Assembly: GCF_009914755.1 (NCBI RefSeq)
Contig: NC_060929.1
From: the human T2T-CHM13v2.0 reference genome, Homo sapiens
Strand: one strand, 5' to 3'
DNA: 64,000 nucleotides
A program made the position numbers and the translations under genes. Shown here piece by piece: positions 26,560 to 40,220 of the stretch. The notes under the pieces are model-generated. The model saw only the letters and a list, made by a program, of their open reading frames with translations. It did not search any database and was not told where the DNA came from. Position 1 is the first letter of the stretch. Each line of letters starts with the position of its first letter.

Positions 26560-28242
26560 GAATAATAATAAATGGTGAAAAGGAGTTTCAGATTGATTTT
26601 ACAGATAAACTTAATTATAAATAATAAGAAAAAAATAATCATTGCTTTTAGGAGAGTTATGCCCTGTTATGGTTTTGAATATCTCTAAGATCATTTGCAC
26701 CTTTTATTAACTGCTTATTAGAATAATAAAGACAACTCTTAGGAGCCAAAAGTCATTAGAGCATAAAGTACACACAGACAAGCACATACGAAAACATACA
26801 TATTATCTATATTAGAAAAAGCTTATGACTCCAATATTATAACCAGTCTTTCTATGAATCTGTTCTCCTCTTCTCACTTTTAAGCAATTGGCTTTTGAAA
26901 TGGGATAATGGGCCTATAAAGGAATTGATCTTGTTTTTATTTTGTATCTTATAAACTATTTTTCATAAAATCATCTCATAGTATCCTAACACAATCACTG
27001 TCAAATTCTGTGTTGAAAACATTGCAGATTATTTAACATTTACGCACATGTATGAGAATGAGAGAGAGAGAAAGAAGGTGACAGAGGAAAGTGTGTGTGC
27101 AGGTGCATGGGAATACAAGTGTTGAAGTAAGTTTCATGCCTGAGAATCAAATTAAAAAAATGCTAAGTGTGGGAGGGCAATTTCCCTACTGGGTTTGTGA
27201 GTGTATGTGTGTGTGTGTTTGTGAGTGTATGTTTGTCAGGAGAAGCAAATTGCAGAACATTCTAAATCCAAAGTAAGTACACCAGAAAACCATCAATGCC
27301 AGAAAAGTTTTTGTGAATAATAGGTCAATCTCTGCTGCTGGGATGATGTGAAATCACTTTGTTAAGTATCACAGAAAATTTCAAAAGTGTTTTATGGAAT
27401 TCCCTAATTTATTTTATTCTGTAAAAATATTAGAATTGTTTATGATTGACTGCTTCAAAATTAGTTCCTCAAAATTGGTTAGATCATATATGTGATCTTG
27501 GTATAATCAGGATTTCTGTTCCCATAAAAGACTTCCAATTGACGTTCTTATTTTTCATCCCTCCATTGGCAACACTGGGCTAATCCCTAACCAATTAAGC
27601 TACACTTTCTACTTTCTGTCTCTGCTTCCAGGCTGCTCTCAATGTTTTGCAGTGCTTAGCAAAATACGATTAGCCCTATTGCATATTTATTGCTTCTGGG
27701 ATGATCCTGTCCCATCTATCAATAATATTTTCTTCTGTTCCTTGTAGTGCCAACTCTACAGCTGTTTTATGTTTCCATATATCTGTAGAAATTGTATTTA
27801 CAGGTTGAGAATTTTGAGGTTACCTTACGATTTTCCTTCAACTGTTCTTCTCACCTGCAGAAAACCTGTATTTTTTTTAACCTCCATTTAGTCTCTCTTC
27901 TTTTCACTCACATTTCCTTCCAGCTTTCATAAATATCTTTTTTGACCAATTATTTTTTTGCCACCTTGCCTCTGATCCATCAAATTTTCTCTGCAGTGAC
28001 TCCATCTCTCCCTCACTCAAATGTGTTTAACATAATTTTATTTCTGGTGACATTTCTAGTTAGCATTCCTTCTTCTTGCCAATGAACCATAGTAATGAAG
28101 CAAAAGTATGAATTCAAGTTAACCACTTGCACAAACACACACTCTCTTTGGAATGCGTCTTATTGTCTATAACTATATTTAAATTGTTGTTTCAAATGTT
28201 CCTATTATCCCAGTACGTGAAAAACCTAAATGACACCATCAC

Positions 28243-28870
28243 CCATTCATTGATTCAGTAAACATTTGTTAAGAGTACCATAGATCAAGAACTATTTCTA
28301 GTACTGGCAAAAGAGAACAAGAGATTGGTTACCAAACTTAGAAGGCTTCTGTTCAAATGAGGTGCATAGGGGCTAAACACATACAAAGATAAATTGATCT
28401 ACAAGGTCACAATAAACTATTAAAAATCAAAGTTTGGTGAGGAAATAGAGCAATGTATGTGCTGTTGTAGACAGAAAGATCAGCAAGGCCCCTCTCTCAT
28501 GGCAACTTTTTAGCCCAAATTTGAGGAGAGGGGATTTAGAGGGGAGGGGAAGACGAAGCATCTAAAGCACAAGCAAGCTTGGTTGGCTCCAGGAACTTAA
28601 GGAGTATCCAAGGCAATATATTAGGAAAGAGGGTTAGGCAATTGGGCAACATTGCATAGTCTCAAAGTAAGAAGAGACCAAAGGTAGAATTTTGAATTAT
28701 AATTCTACTGATATGAGAAGTCATTTATATGTTAAGCACGGAAAAGTAATAATCTGACATAAATTATAAAAAGATACCTGTGGGTGTTGTGTGAAAAATA
28801 AACAAGTGAAGAAAAGGGGGCAAAATCTCCTTGCAGTATTGAAAGTTCTTGGTCAGGTGGCCTTGGGGAT
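28243..28870 (-). mobile_element. L2a fragment
   Basis: cattcattgattcagtaaacatttgttaagagtacc followed by purine-rich antisense L2 sequence. Confidence 0.65.
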
Positions 28871-29409
28871 TTCTCTTTCCCCTTGGCTTCCAGGGCATGG
28901 TACTATGCTGCTCTTCTGTCTCCCTATTAGTTTACTTACAAAATTACTTACCTTCTTTCTGTTTTTTTTTTTTTAAGTGTCAGAGCTTTCTCTTTATTGC
29001 TTAATCAAAGTATATTCCTATTTTTTCTGGAATCAATTCTCTGCCAGTACTTTAGAAATTACTTAGTGCATACTTCATTTATATACTAGAACATTTATAT
29101 TAAAGAATGCGTAACTCATTGTAAGCCCAAGAGAACCAATAAAATTTTATTGGTTTTCAGGTAGAATCTCTCTCTCTCTCTCTGTCTCATACACATGTGT
29201 ATGAGAGAGAGAGGCAGAATTTGTGTATATGTATAAGTATATAATTTTTAGTTGGCTTGGCATTTCCAGGGGAAATAAACACCGCTCTTGCAAAAGTGCA
29301 GTAGGAAAAACCTACCAACTCTAAGAGAGATCTACAATTTTGCTTGTGTGAGAATAAGTGCAAAATCTTTGGAAGAAACATCAAAAAGACAAATATTTAA
29401 TAATTCAAG

Positions 29410-29719
<310 letters not shown>

Positions 29720-29893
29720 GGTTATTCAGAAGTTGTACTAGATCAGAATATGGAACCTAATCTCAGGGCAAGGAGAATAGTTGTCCAGTATAATAAGATA
29801 GGAAGTACTCAGGACATATTTCTAACCATATCTTGCTCAATACTGTGAGCCCTAAATAAGTATTTTTATTAATTTAAATATTACATATTTTTA

Positions 29894-32797
29894 TCTTAGG
29901 TAATAATAATAATTGTTTATATTTATGAAGTACAATATGATATTTTGAGCTATGTATACATTATAGAGAAAATTCAATTAAACTAATGAACATATCCATC
30001 CCCGCACCAACTTGTCATTTTTTTTGGTGAGAATGTTAAAAATATATTATTTCAGCAATTTTGAAATATACAATTTACTAAGAATATTTGAAAATTACTA
30101 TGAATTGTAGTCACCATGCGGTGCAATAGATTACTGAAATGTATTCCTACAGTCTAACTGAAACTTTGTAGCCTGTGATCAACATTTTCTCTTTCCCTAT
30201 CCCTCTTACTCTCAGACAGCCTCTGGAAATGACTTTTCTACTCTGTTTCTATGAGACTGACTTTTTTAGATACCACATATAAGTGAGATTATACATATTT
30301 GTCTTTCTGTGCCTGGCTTGTTTCACTTAGCATAATATTGTATTAGTCCGTACTCACACTGCTACAAAGAACTACCTGAAACCGGGTAATTTATGAAGAA
30401 AGAAGTTTAATTGACTCACAGTTACACAGGCTGTACAGGAAGCATGGGGGGGCATCAGAAAACACACTCATGGAAAAAAGCAAGGGGAATCAAGTATCTC
30501 TTACCATGGCAGAGCAGGAGAGAGAGCAAAGGCGGAGGTGTCACACATTTTTAAACCATCAGATATCATGAGAACTCACTCAATTTCATGAGAGCAGCAA
30601 GTGGAAAATCCGCCATCATGATCCAATCACCTTCATCAGGCCCTCTTCCAACATTGATAATTATTATTCAACGTAAAATTTGAGTGGGGACATAGAGCCA
30701 AAGCATATCATTCCACCCCTCGCCCATTCCAAATTTCATTTCTTTCCACATTCTAAAACCAGTCATGCGTTTCCAACAGTCCCCTAATATATTAACTCAT
30801 TTCAGCATTAACTCAAAAGTCCGAGTCCAAAGTCTCATCTGAGAAAATGCAATTCCCTCCCACCTATGAGGCTGTAAAATAATCAAACAACTTAGTTACT
30901 TCCAAGATACAAAGGGGGTACAGAAATTGGGTAAATACTGTCATTACAAAAGGGAGAAATCAGCCAAAACAAAGAGACTACAGGCCCCCAGCAAGTCCAA
31001 AACTCAGCAGGGGAGTCTATAAATCTTAAAGCTCCAAAATGATCTCCTTTGACTTCATGTCTCACATGCAGGCCACAATGACACAGGGGCTGGGCTCCCA
31101 AGGCCTTGGGCAGCTCCACTACTGTGGCTCTGCAGGGTCCAGTCAGCATAGGCTGCTTTCACAGGCTGACATTGAGTGCCTGTGGCTTTTCAAAACACAC
31201 AGTGTAAGCTGTCTTTGGATCTACCATTTGGGGTTATGGAGGACAGTGGCCCTCTTCTCACAACTCCACTAGGCAGTGCCCCAGTGGGGACTCTGTGTGG
31301 GGGCTCCCACATTTCCTCTCTGCACTGCCCTAGTAGAGGCTCTCTATGAGGGCTCCATCCTGCAACAGACTTTACCCTGGACATCCAGATGTTTCCATAC
31401 ATCCTCTGAAATGTAGGTGGAGATTCCCAAATCTCAACTCTTGCCTTCTGTGCACCTGCAGGCCTAATACTGCAAAGAAGCCACCAAAGCTTGGGGCTTG
31501 CACCCTCTGAAGCAACATCCCTAACCATATCTTATCCCATTTTAGCCATGGCTAGAGCTGGAGCAGCTGGGACACAGCGTGCCAAGTCTTGAGGCTACAC
31601 AGAGCAGTAGGGCCCTGGGCCTGTCCTACAAAACCATTTTTCCATTCTTGGCCTCCAGGCCTGTGATGGGAGGGGCTGTCATGAAGCTTTCTGACACAAC
31701 TTGGAGACATTTTCCCCACTGTCTTGGTGATTTTCATTTGGCTCCTCTTTGCTTATGCAAATTTTTGCAGCAGGCTTGAATTTCTCCCGATAAAATGGGT
31801 TTTCCTTTTTCACCACCTGGTCAGGCTGCAAGTGTTTCGAACTTTTATTCTCTGCTTTCCTTTTAAACATAAGTAAGTTCCAATTTCAGATTGTCTCTTT
31901 GTGAATGCATGACTGTACACTGTTAGAAACAGCCTGGTCACCTCTTGAATGCTTTGCTGCTTAGAAATGTTTTCTGTCAGATACCCTAAATCATCTCCCT
32001 GAAGCTCAAAGTTCCAAAGATCTCCAGGACAGGGGCAAAATACTGCCAGTGTCTTTGCTAAAGCATAGCAAGAGTGACCTTTATTCCAGCTCCCAGTACG
32101 TTCCTCATCTCCATCCGAGACCACCTCAGCCTGGACTTCATTGTCCATATCACAACCATCAACCAAGTCTATAGGAAGTTCCAAAGTTTCTCACATCTTC
32201 CTGTCTTCTTCTGAGCCCTCCAGACTGTTCCATCCTGTGCCCATTACCCAGTCCCAAAGCTGCTTCCACATTCTCAGGTATCTTTATATCAGTACCTCAC
32301 TCTCAGTACCAATTTCTGTATTAGTCTGTTCTCATACTGCTATAAAGAACTACTTGAGACCGGGTACATTATGAAGAAAAGAAGTTTAGTTGACCCACAG
32401 TTCCACAGGCTGTACAGGAAGCATGGCTAGGAGGCCACAGGCTGTACAGTCATGGCAGAAGATGAAGGGAAAGCAAGCATGTCTTACCATGGCAAAGCTG
32501 GAAAGAGAGAATGAAAGAGGAAGTGAAACACACTTTTAAACCATCAGATCTCATGAGAACTCACTCACTATTATGAAAACAGCAAGAGGAAAATCTGCCC
32601 CCATGATCCAATTACCTCCCACCAGGACCCTTCCCCAACACTTGGGGATTACAATTTGATATGAGATTTGGGTGGGAACACAGAGGCAAACTATATCAGA
32701 TGTCCTCCAGTTTTATCCATGTTGTCATACATGAATGAATAAAATTGGTCTATAGACACAATGAAATACTATACAATCTTTAAAAAAGAAAATTCTG
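29894..32797 (-). mobile_element. Short L1MA 3' end with a THE1D insertion and a short inverted 5' piece
   Basis: L1MA 3'UTR antisense at 29894-30338 resumes at 32699 (tgtcctccag...catgttgtc); sense-orientation L1 at 32731-32797. Confidence 0.75.
30339..32698 (-). mobile_element. Full-length THE1D (LTR 30339-30710, internal 30711-32316, LTR 32317-32698)
   Basis: Two direct-repeat LTRs tgtattagt...tatca around THE1-int; degenerate 5-bp TSD aatat/gatgt. Confidence 0.92.
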
Positions 32798-33885
32798 GAT
32801 ATATATTTTTAAGGTGTATTTATAAATAAATGTTTTAAATATCATTGAATATTAAGGGTTAAATGTTTAATAAATATTAATGAAAGTTACCATAAAACTC
32901 AGATCAGAAAACTAAAAAGCCTTGCAGAAAGCTTTACAATAATTATTTATTGAAGAATAACTTAAAAATTATATTTTTGTGGAAACTGCTTTTAAGTTAA
33001 AAATTGAGAGACTACATTACTTCACATTATGAGCCATCTGAGAGGAAGGTATGAATCTGATTTTTATGTTTTAACTACCTCATAATATGCCATAACATGT
33101 AGCCTAGTGATGGGTATTAAATATTTTCTTCAGTTTTGATTTCTCTTATGCAAACAATGTTGGAATTAACCTTTTGAGGTACATACCTTTTCTGCATGTA
33201 ATCAACACTTTAGTAGACAAAGAATGGCAGAATACCTAAGATTGCCGTTTATAAAAATCCAAACAAATACCAACTTTTTATTTTGACTTTTTTAATTTAA
33301 ACATGCAATCTTTTTTCAGTTTGGTTTGTTAAAAAAAAAAGGATTCTATGTTTTTTCTAGTATTTTACATTGTCACAATATTTAACTAAGATTGACTGTA
33401 GAAATCATGAGCTGAATTAGTTCACACATCTTAATTCTTTGTCCCCTCAAACAAGCAATTAATACTATCATTGTTAATAAGCACATTCACCTTAACATTA
33501 TTAAATTCAATGGCCTAATTGGCCCTCAAACTAAGCCTTTACATAGACTCTATCTGTTGTGAGTTGATGGTCGCTCCCTTTGCCCTCCCCACTGCTTTGG
33601 GCTGCCTAAAGAGAGAAATAGGTCATAGAAAATAAAAGAGCTCTTCAGAAACATTCCATCTCCAAACTCTCCTTCCTTACCTTTCTATGATGTAAAATAA
33701 GGGTGCTTTTTCCTTCTCCCATGAAGTATTCATAGCCCCAGATCTGTTCGTCCTATTTATGAGAAGTCCACTTACCATTTTGGCTGGAGGTCTGAGAAAT
33801 CTTTATGTTGAAAGAAATGCATAAATTTTAAATGACTGATAAAACATATAAAAGAGAAGCTGTATAAAGAATAGAAATAGAATGT

Positions 33886-34242
33886 TGTATTAGTCCATTT
33901 TCACATTGCTGATAAAGACCTACCTGAGACTGGACAATTTGCAAAAGAAAGAGGTTGAATGGACTTACAGTTCCACGTGGCTGGGGAAACCTCATAATCA
34001 TGGTGGAAGGCAAGGAGAAGCAAGGCACATCTCACGTGGATGGTAGCAGGCAAAGAGAGTGAGAATTGTGCAGGGAAACTTCCATTTTTAAAACCGTCAG
34101 ATCTCGTGAGACTCATTCACTGTCATGAGAACAGCATGAAAAAAACCTGCCCCCATGATTCAATTTCCTCCCACTGTGTCACTCCCACAGCACATGGGAA
34201 TTCAAGATGAGATTTTTGTGGGGATACAGCCAAACCATATCA
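33886..34242 (-). mobile_element. THE1A/B solo LTR
   Basis: tgtattagtccattttcac...caaaccatatca; perfect 5-bp TSD aatgt at 33881-33885 and 34243-34247. Confidence 0.94.
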
Positions 34243-34525
34243 AATGTGAACCTCCCAAATTAAGGCAGGAGGAAATGACATAAGTGCTAAGAATCCTATT
34301 TAAGGGATAAATACAATGAAGAACATGTGTAATTAGAAAACATATCCTATGACAAGCCAACTTCAATTGCTGAATAAAAACAATAAAGAACAAAAAAGTG
34401 AGAAAAATACATATTAAATGATAACATGCAGTCACATAATCACAAAACCAACCTATAGAACAGAAGCATCTCTCATAAACGTCGTGGCATCTAGAATGAA
34501 AATTAAGAAAACTTTATTTTATGTT

Positions 34526-34976
34526 TGAGGGGTGGGGGAGAAAAACGTCCATATTCTAATCAGCAGAACCTGTGAATTGTCTTTCACGGCAAATGAGACT
34601 TTGCTGATATGATTATATTAAGGATTTTGAGATGAGGATATTATCACAGTTATGCAGGTGGACCCAATGTAATCACAAGGGTCTTTACAGGAGTGAAGCA
34701 AGAACATCAAAGTCAGTGTTAGAAGATGTGACATCGGAAGCAAGAGGTTGAAGTGCTGTAAGGAACGGGCCACAAGCCAAGGAATATAGGCAGCTTCTAG
34801 AGAAGTTGAAGAAAAAACAGGAAATAAATTCTCTGCTCCAGACTTCAGAAGGAATGCAGCTCTGCCAACAACTTGATGTTAGACTTCTGTCCTCCAGAAT
34901 TATATGAGAATAAATTTACTTTCTTTTAAGCTTACTTTGTGTTAATTTGTTACACAAGCAATAGAAAATTAGTATA
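34526..34976 (+). mobile_element. MLT1D-like LTR
   Basis: Motifs gaacctgtgaat, cccaatgtaatcacaagggtc, cacaagccaaggaat and gcaatagaaaattagtata. Confidence 0.85.
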
Positions 34977-35173
34977 TATGTATATACCTATGATATATAC
35001 ATGACTCATTACATAGATCTACACACATACATATTGCAAGAGCTGTTTTGCAATATTGCAGTTATCTTGTTTATGTGACATATACTTATATAATTAGTAA
35101 AACAGTAGCAATTATGTTAACAATGGATAACTAAACTTAAAATTATAAAGGAGCTAAAAGTTTTACCACTTTA

Positions 35174-35482
<309 letters not shown>

Positions 35483-35659
35483 AAGTTTTACCACTTTAGA
35501 TGCACTATTTCCTTTGATCACTTCCTGCTTCAAACTGACACTATAATAATAATTTCTAAATGTCCTGTTATATGATTTCAACCACTAACTGCTTAAGTGT
35601 CCACCTTAATGGAACCCTTTTATATTCAGAAGAAATATGGTTTAAGAATAAAGCATTCA

Positions 35660-36180
<521 letters not shown>

Positions 36181-36620
36181 CTCTTGTTTCATTTTCCTCC
36201 TTTGGTTTGTATATATAATTAAATTTATATCATGATGAAATAAAATAATATAAATATGATTAACTTAATAAGGCTTATAATACAATTGAGGATGGGAAAA
36301 ATAGTACACAAATTCCACTAATTCTCAAAGCATTTTCCCAATTGTACTTTTTATTAAAAGCAATCCTTATCTGAGTAAATAAGAATGTTTATATTGTATT
36401 CCTGTATAAGAAAAAATTATTACAAACACAATTTGTAAATTATTTCATGGTCCCTGTTGACATTTAAAATGATCAAACACTCTTTGATCCATTCATCCTT
36501 CTTGTGTGAATGTATCTTAAAAAAAAAAAAAAAGCCTGATGCGCAAAGATGAGTGTACATGGTATGTTAGATTAAGGGGTTATTAAACATGAAAAAACTG
36601 AAGCAACCTAAATATTTACC

Positions 36621-37010
36621 TGTGTTAGTATGCTAGGGCTGGCTGCCCATAACAAATGACAATAAACTAGGGCACTTAAACAACAGAAATATATTTCCTC
36701 CCAGCTACTAAGTCTAGAAGATCAAGATGTTGGCAGGGAACGTTTTTTCTGACACCTCTCTCTTTGACTTGCACATGGCTGCCTTCTCTCTGTGTCCCCA
36801 CATGAACTTTCTTCTGTGTATGTACATGTCTGTTTTCTAATTGCCTTTTCTTAAAAAGACTCCAGTCACATTGGATTAGCTCTCACCCAAATGACCTCAT
36901 TTTCCCTCATGGCTTCAAAGGCCATTCTCCAATTGCAGTCACATTCTGAGATACTGGGGGTTAGAAATTCAACATAAGAATTTTGGAGGAACACGAGTTG
37001 GCCCCTAACA
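36621..37010 (-). mobile_element. MLT1A-like LTR
   Basis: tgtgttagtatgctagggctg...cacattctgagatactgggggttag...taaca. Confidence 0.87.
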
Positions 37011-37439
37011 TTATCCAAAATGAAACATTTCTCTTTAATTTTTAAGCAGTCTATTTAAAAGAGAATTGCTAAATTAAATGTCATATGTTGGCATAATTCA
37101 CAGCCACTAATGTGAAAATATTTCCAGAATATTTCTAAATTTAAAAAATGCTATTTTTATGGTAAGCTTGTATAATCCTCACATGTATACATATATAAAC
37201 ACACAAAAAATACAGGAAAATTGGCAGTAGACAGGAAAATTGCCAGTAGAGGAAAGTGTGAAGAGAGGTATTAATACTCTATATCCTTCTATATCATCTT
37301 AAAAGTATTATTTAAAATATCTTTGTTTTTAATAAAAGAAATACATGTTCATGTAAAAGGGAAAAAGGAAGAGACAGGAATAGACAGAAAGCCAACATTT
37401 TCTTTGTTTTTCACGTAACAGTGCATTCTATATTAACCA

Positions 37440-37442
<3 letters not shown>

Positions 37443-37473
<31 letters not shown>
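37443..37473. repeat. (TG)n microsatellite
   Basis: Read directly from the sequence. Confidence 0.97.
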
Positions 37474-37477
<4 letters not shown>

Positions 37478-38420
37478 ACCTAGCCAGAGTGATGCATTTA
37501 CACCTTGAATTAGATTACATCTCCTTGCTTGCTATCCTCAAAGACTTCCTTTTACTCCTGAAATAAAATACCCAAGTCCAAAACTCTTATTTCACTGTAG
37601 ATTGCCATCCATTATCTGTCCTCTCACAACTTTCTGATCTTATTTTCTGAAAATTTCCCTTGCTGTATTACACTTACATGAAGAATTAGAAACTGGAATT
37701 GTAGTCGAAATTAATGTGTATTATGTTAGTATGCATGTAGTATTTCTTCTTTACTTATTGACTTATCTTTGAATTTCTTCATATCATTATTTATAAAAAC
37801 ATAGCATTATATTAGAAGAATGCATAATACTGTATGAATGACTGTGGATAGATTCCATTGTCAGCTGGATGAATTTTGCACCCAGTTAAAACACTGAAAA
37901 ATAATTTTCTGGAAGATTCATGCATTGTTAATTTTCATAAATTTTGCAGAATTGACATCTGAAAAATATAGCACTACTCTGAAACTCTTACCAATAATTT
38001 TTATTTTCAGAAGTTTAAATTACTCATAATGTGATAGGTTACAAATGGCATGTCAGTATTCTTTAATATAATTTTCTTGTAATAAATTTGGGTTTTAATC
38101 CACATATTTGCAAAAATATAAAATTTTAATTCACTTTCTAATTCTATTTCACATCTTCATTCTTTTCTCACATTTATTTATATTTTTATCCAAAACATTC
38201 ATATACTCGATCTGTTTAAATATTAAAGAAAATAGGCCAGTATCTTTTGTTTTGTCATTCCCTTTTGCAACACTATGCAATATTTAAGTGATGTTATTTT
38301 TTTACTTTAATTTTTAAGTAGTCTAATGCCTCATTAGTTTCCATTATCCTTTGGGTTGTATCAATGCAGGAAATGAGTTTATGTTTCTTAAACAATTATA
38401 TTGGCAAGTTCTTAAACTAC

Positions 38421-38458
<38 letters not shown>
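38421..38458. repeat. (TA)n microsatellite
   Basis: Read directly from the sequence. Confidence 0.96.
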
Positions 38459-38808
38459 TCATTTGCACTAGTTGTAGCAAACACAAGTGCCTTTTTAGGT
38501 TCAGTAGGAAGATTTTTAGTGTTCTTATCTTTGTTTATGATGGTGAGTGCTGATAAAAAATAAGTAACTATCAATTCACTCTATTTGATTTAGTTAATTT
38601 TACAGAAATGATTGGAGAATTTTTCAGATAGTCTTATGAAATGTATTGCTGTGCGATATTAATTTTTCTTTGAAATTATAATGTTTAATTGCATTACAAA
38701 CATGTTAACATAAACTATTTATGCACGATGAGAACAATTTCCATAATTAAAGTTCAGTTGTATTCTGTTTTCTAATTATAATAGTAATAGATATTATTAT
38801 TATTAACA

Positions 38809-39198
38809 TGTATTAATTTGCTAGGGCTATGATAGCAAAGTAACACTGGGTGCGTTAAGCAACAGAAATTTATTTTCTCACAGGTCTTCAGGCTGGAAAT
38901 CAAACCAACATTTTGACAAGGTTAGTTTTCTCTGAGGACTCTTTCCTTGAGTAGGCAATGTCTGTCTTCCCCCTGGGTCATCACGTCTTCTTTTCTCTGT
39001 AGTTTTCTGTGTCTTAAACTCTTTTATATTTGGATATTAATTATACTGGATTAGGTGCACTCCAATAACAGTATTTAACCTTAATTACCTCTTCAAAGTA
39101 AACAGGATATCTCTAACTACAGTCACATTCTGAGGAACTGAATGTTAGGATTTCAACACATGAATTTGGAAGAGGAAGGCAAAATTCAGTTCATAACA
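38809..39198 (-). mobile_element. MLT1A-like LTR
   Basis: tgtattaatttgctagggct...cagtcacattctgagg...ttcataaca. Confidence 0.85.
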
Positions 39199-39713
39199 CT
39201 ATATGTCACAAAATTATTATACTTATTAACCAGCGTAAAATGAACATACAATTTCCCAATGGAGGTGGGCTAAACATGTCACAGAGTTTTTCTTATTCAT
39301 TAACAAAATTAATAATTTAAAATATCAGAAAATTAACCAGCAGCATATTTTGTTTGTGGCCCATATGCATACACATTAACAGATGTTTCACTTCCACTTA
39401 TTTTTACAATGTTGTTATGCTAACTTCATAAAACAATTTTGAAATAATTTATTTTCTTTTCTATTGAATTTCAAAATATATTGTATACATGTTTCTTATA
39501 GGTGTCTTCTGGTTTCACATGTTATTAACATTCTCTCTTGGTTTTTGGCCTTAAATGTCACTACAGAAACCTAAAAGGCCAAAAGAATATATTCTATCTT
39601 TTTAGAGCTTTGCCTTCATTGTGAGATACAAGAACTATTTTCTAAATTTAAACCTTTATTAAATGTACTCTAATTGATTATAATTTGATTTTAATTTCAT
39701 TTAGAAAATATAG

Positions 39714-40220
<507 letters not shown>

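Noticed and set aside
30892-32374. ORFs inside THE1-int
   Set aside because: Fragmented remnants of the MaLR internal ORF; no intact gene.
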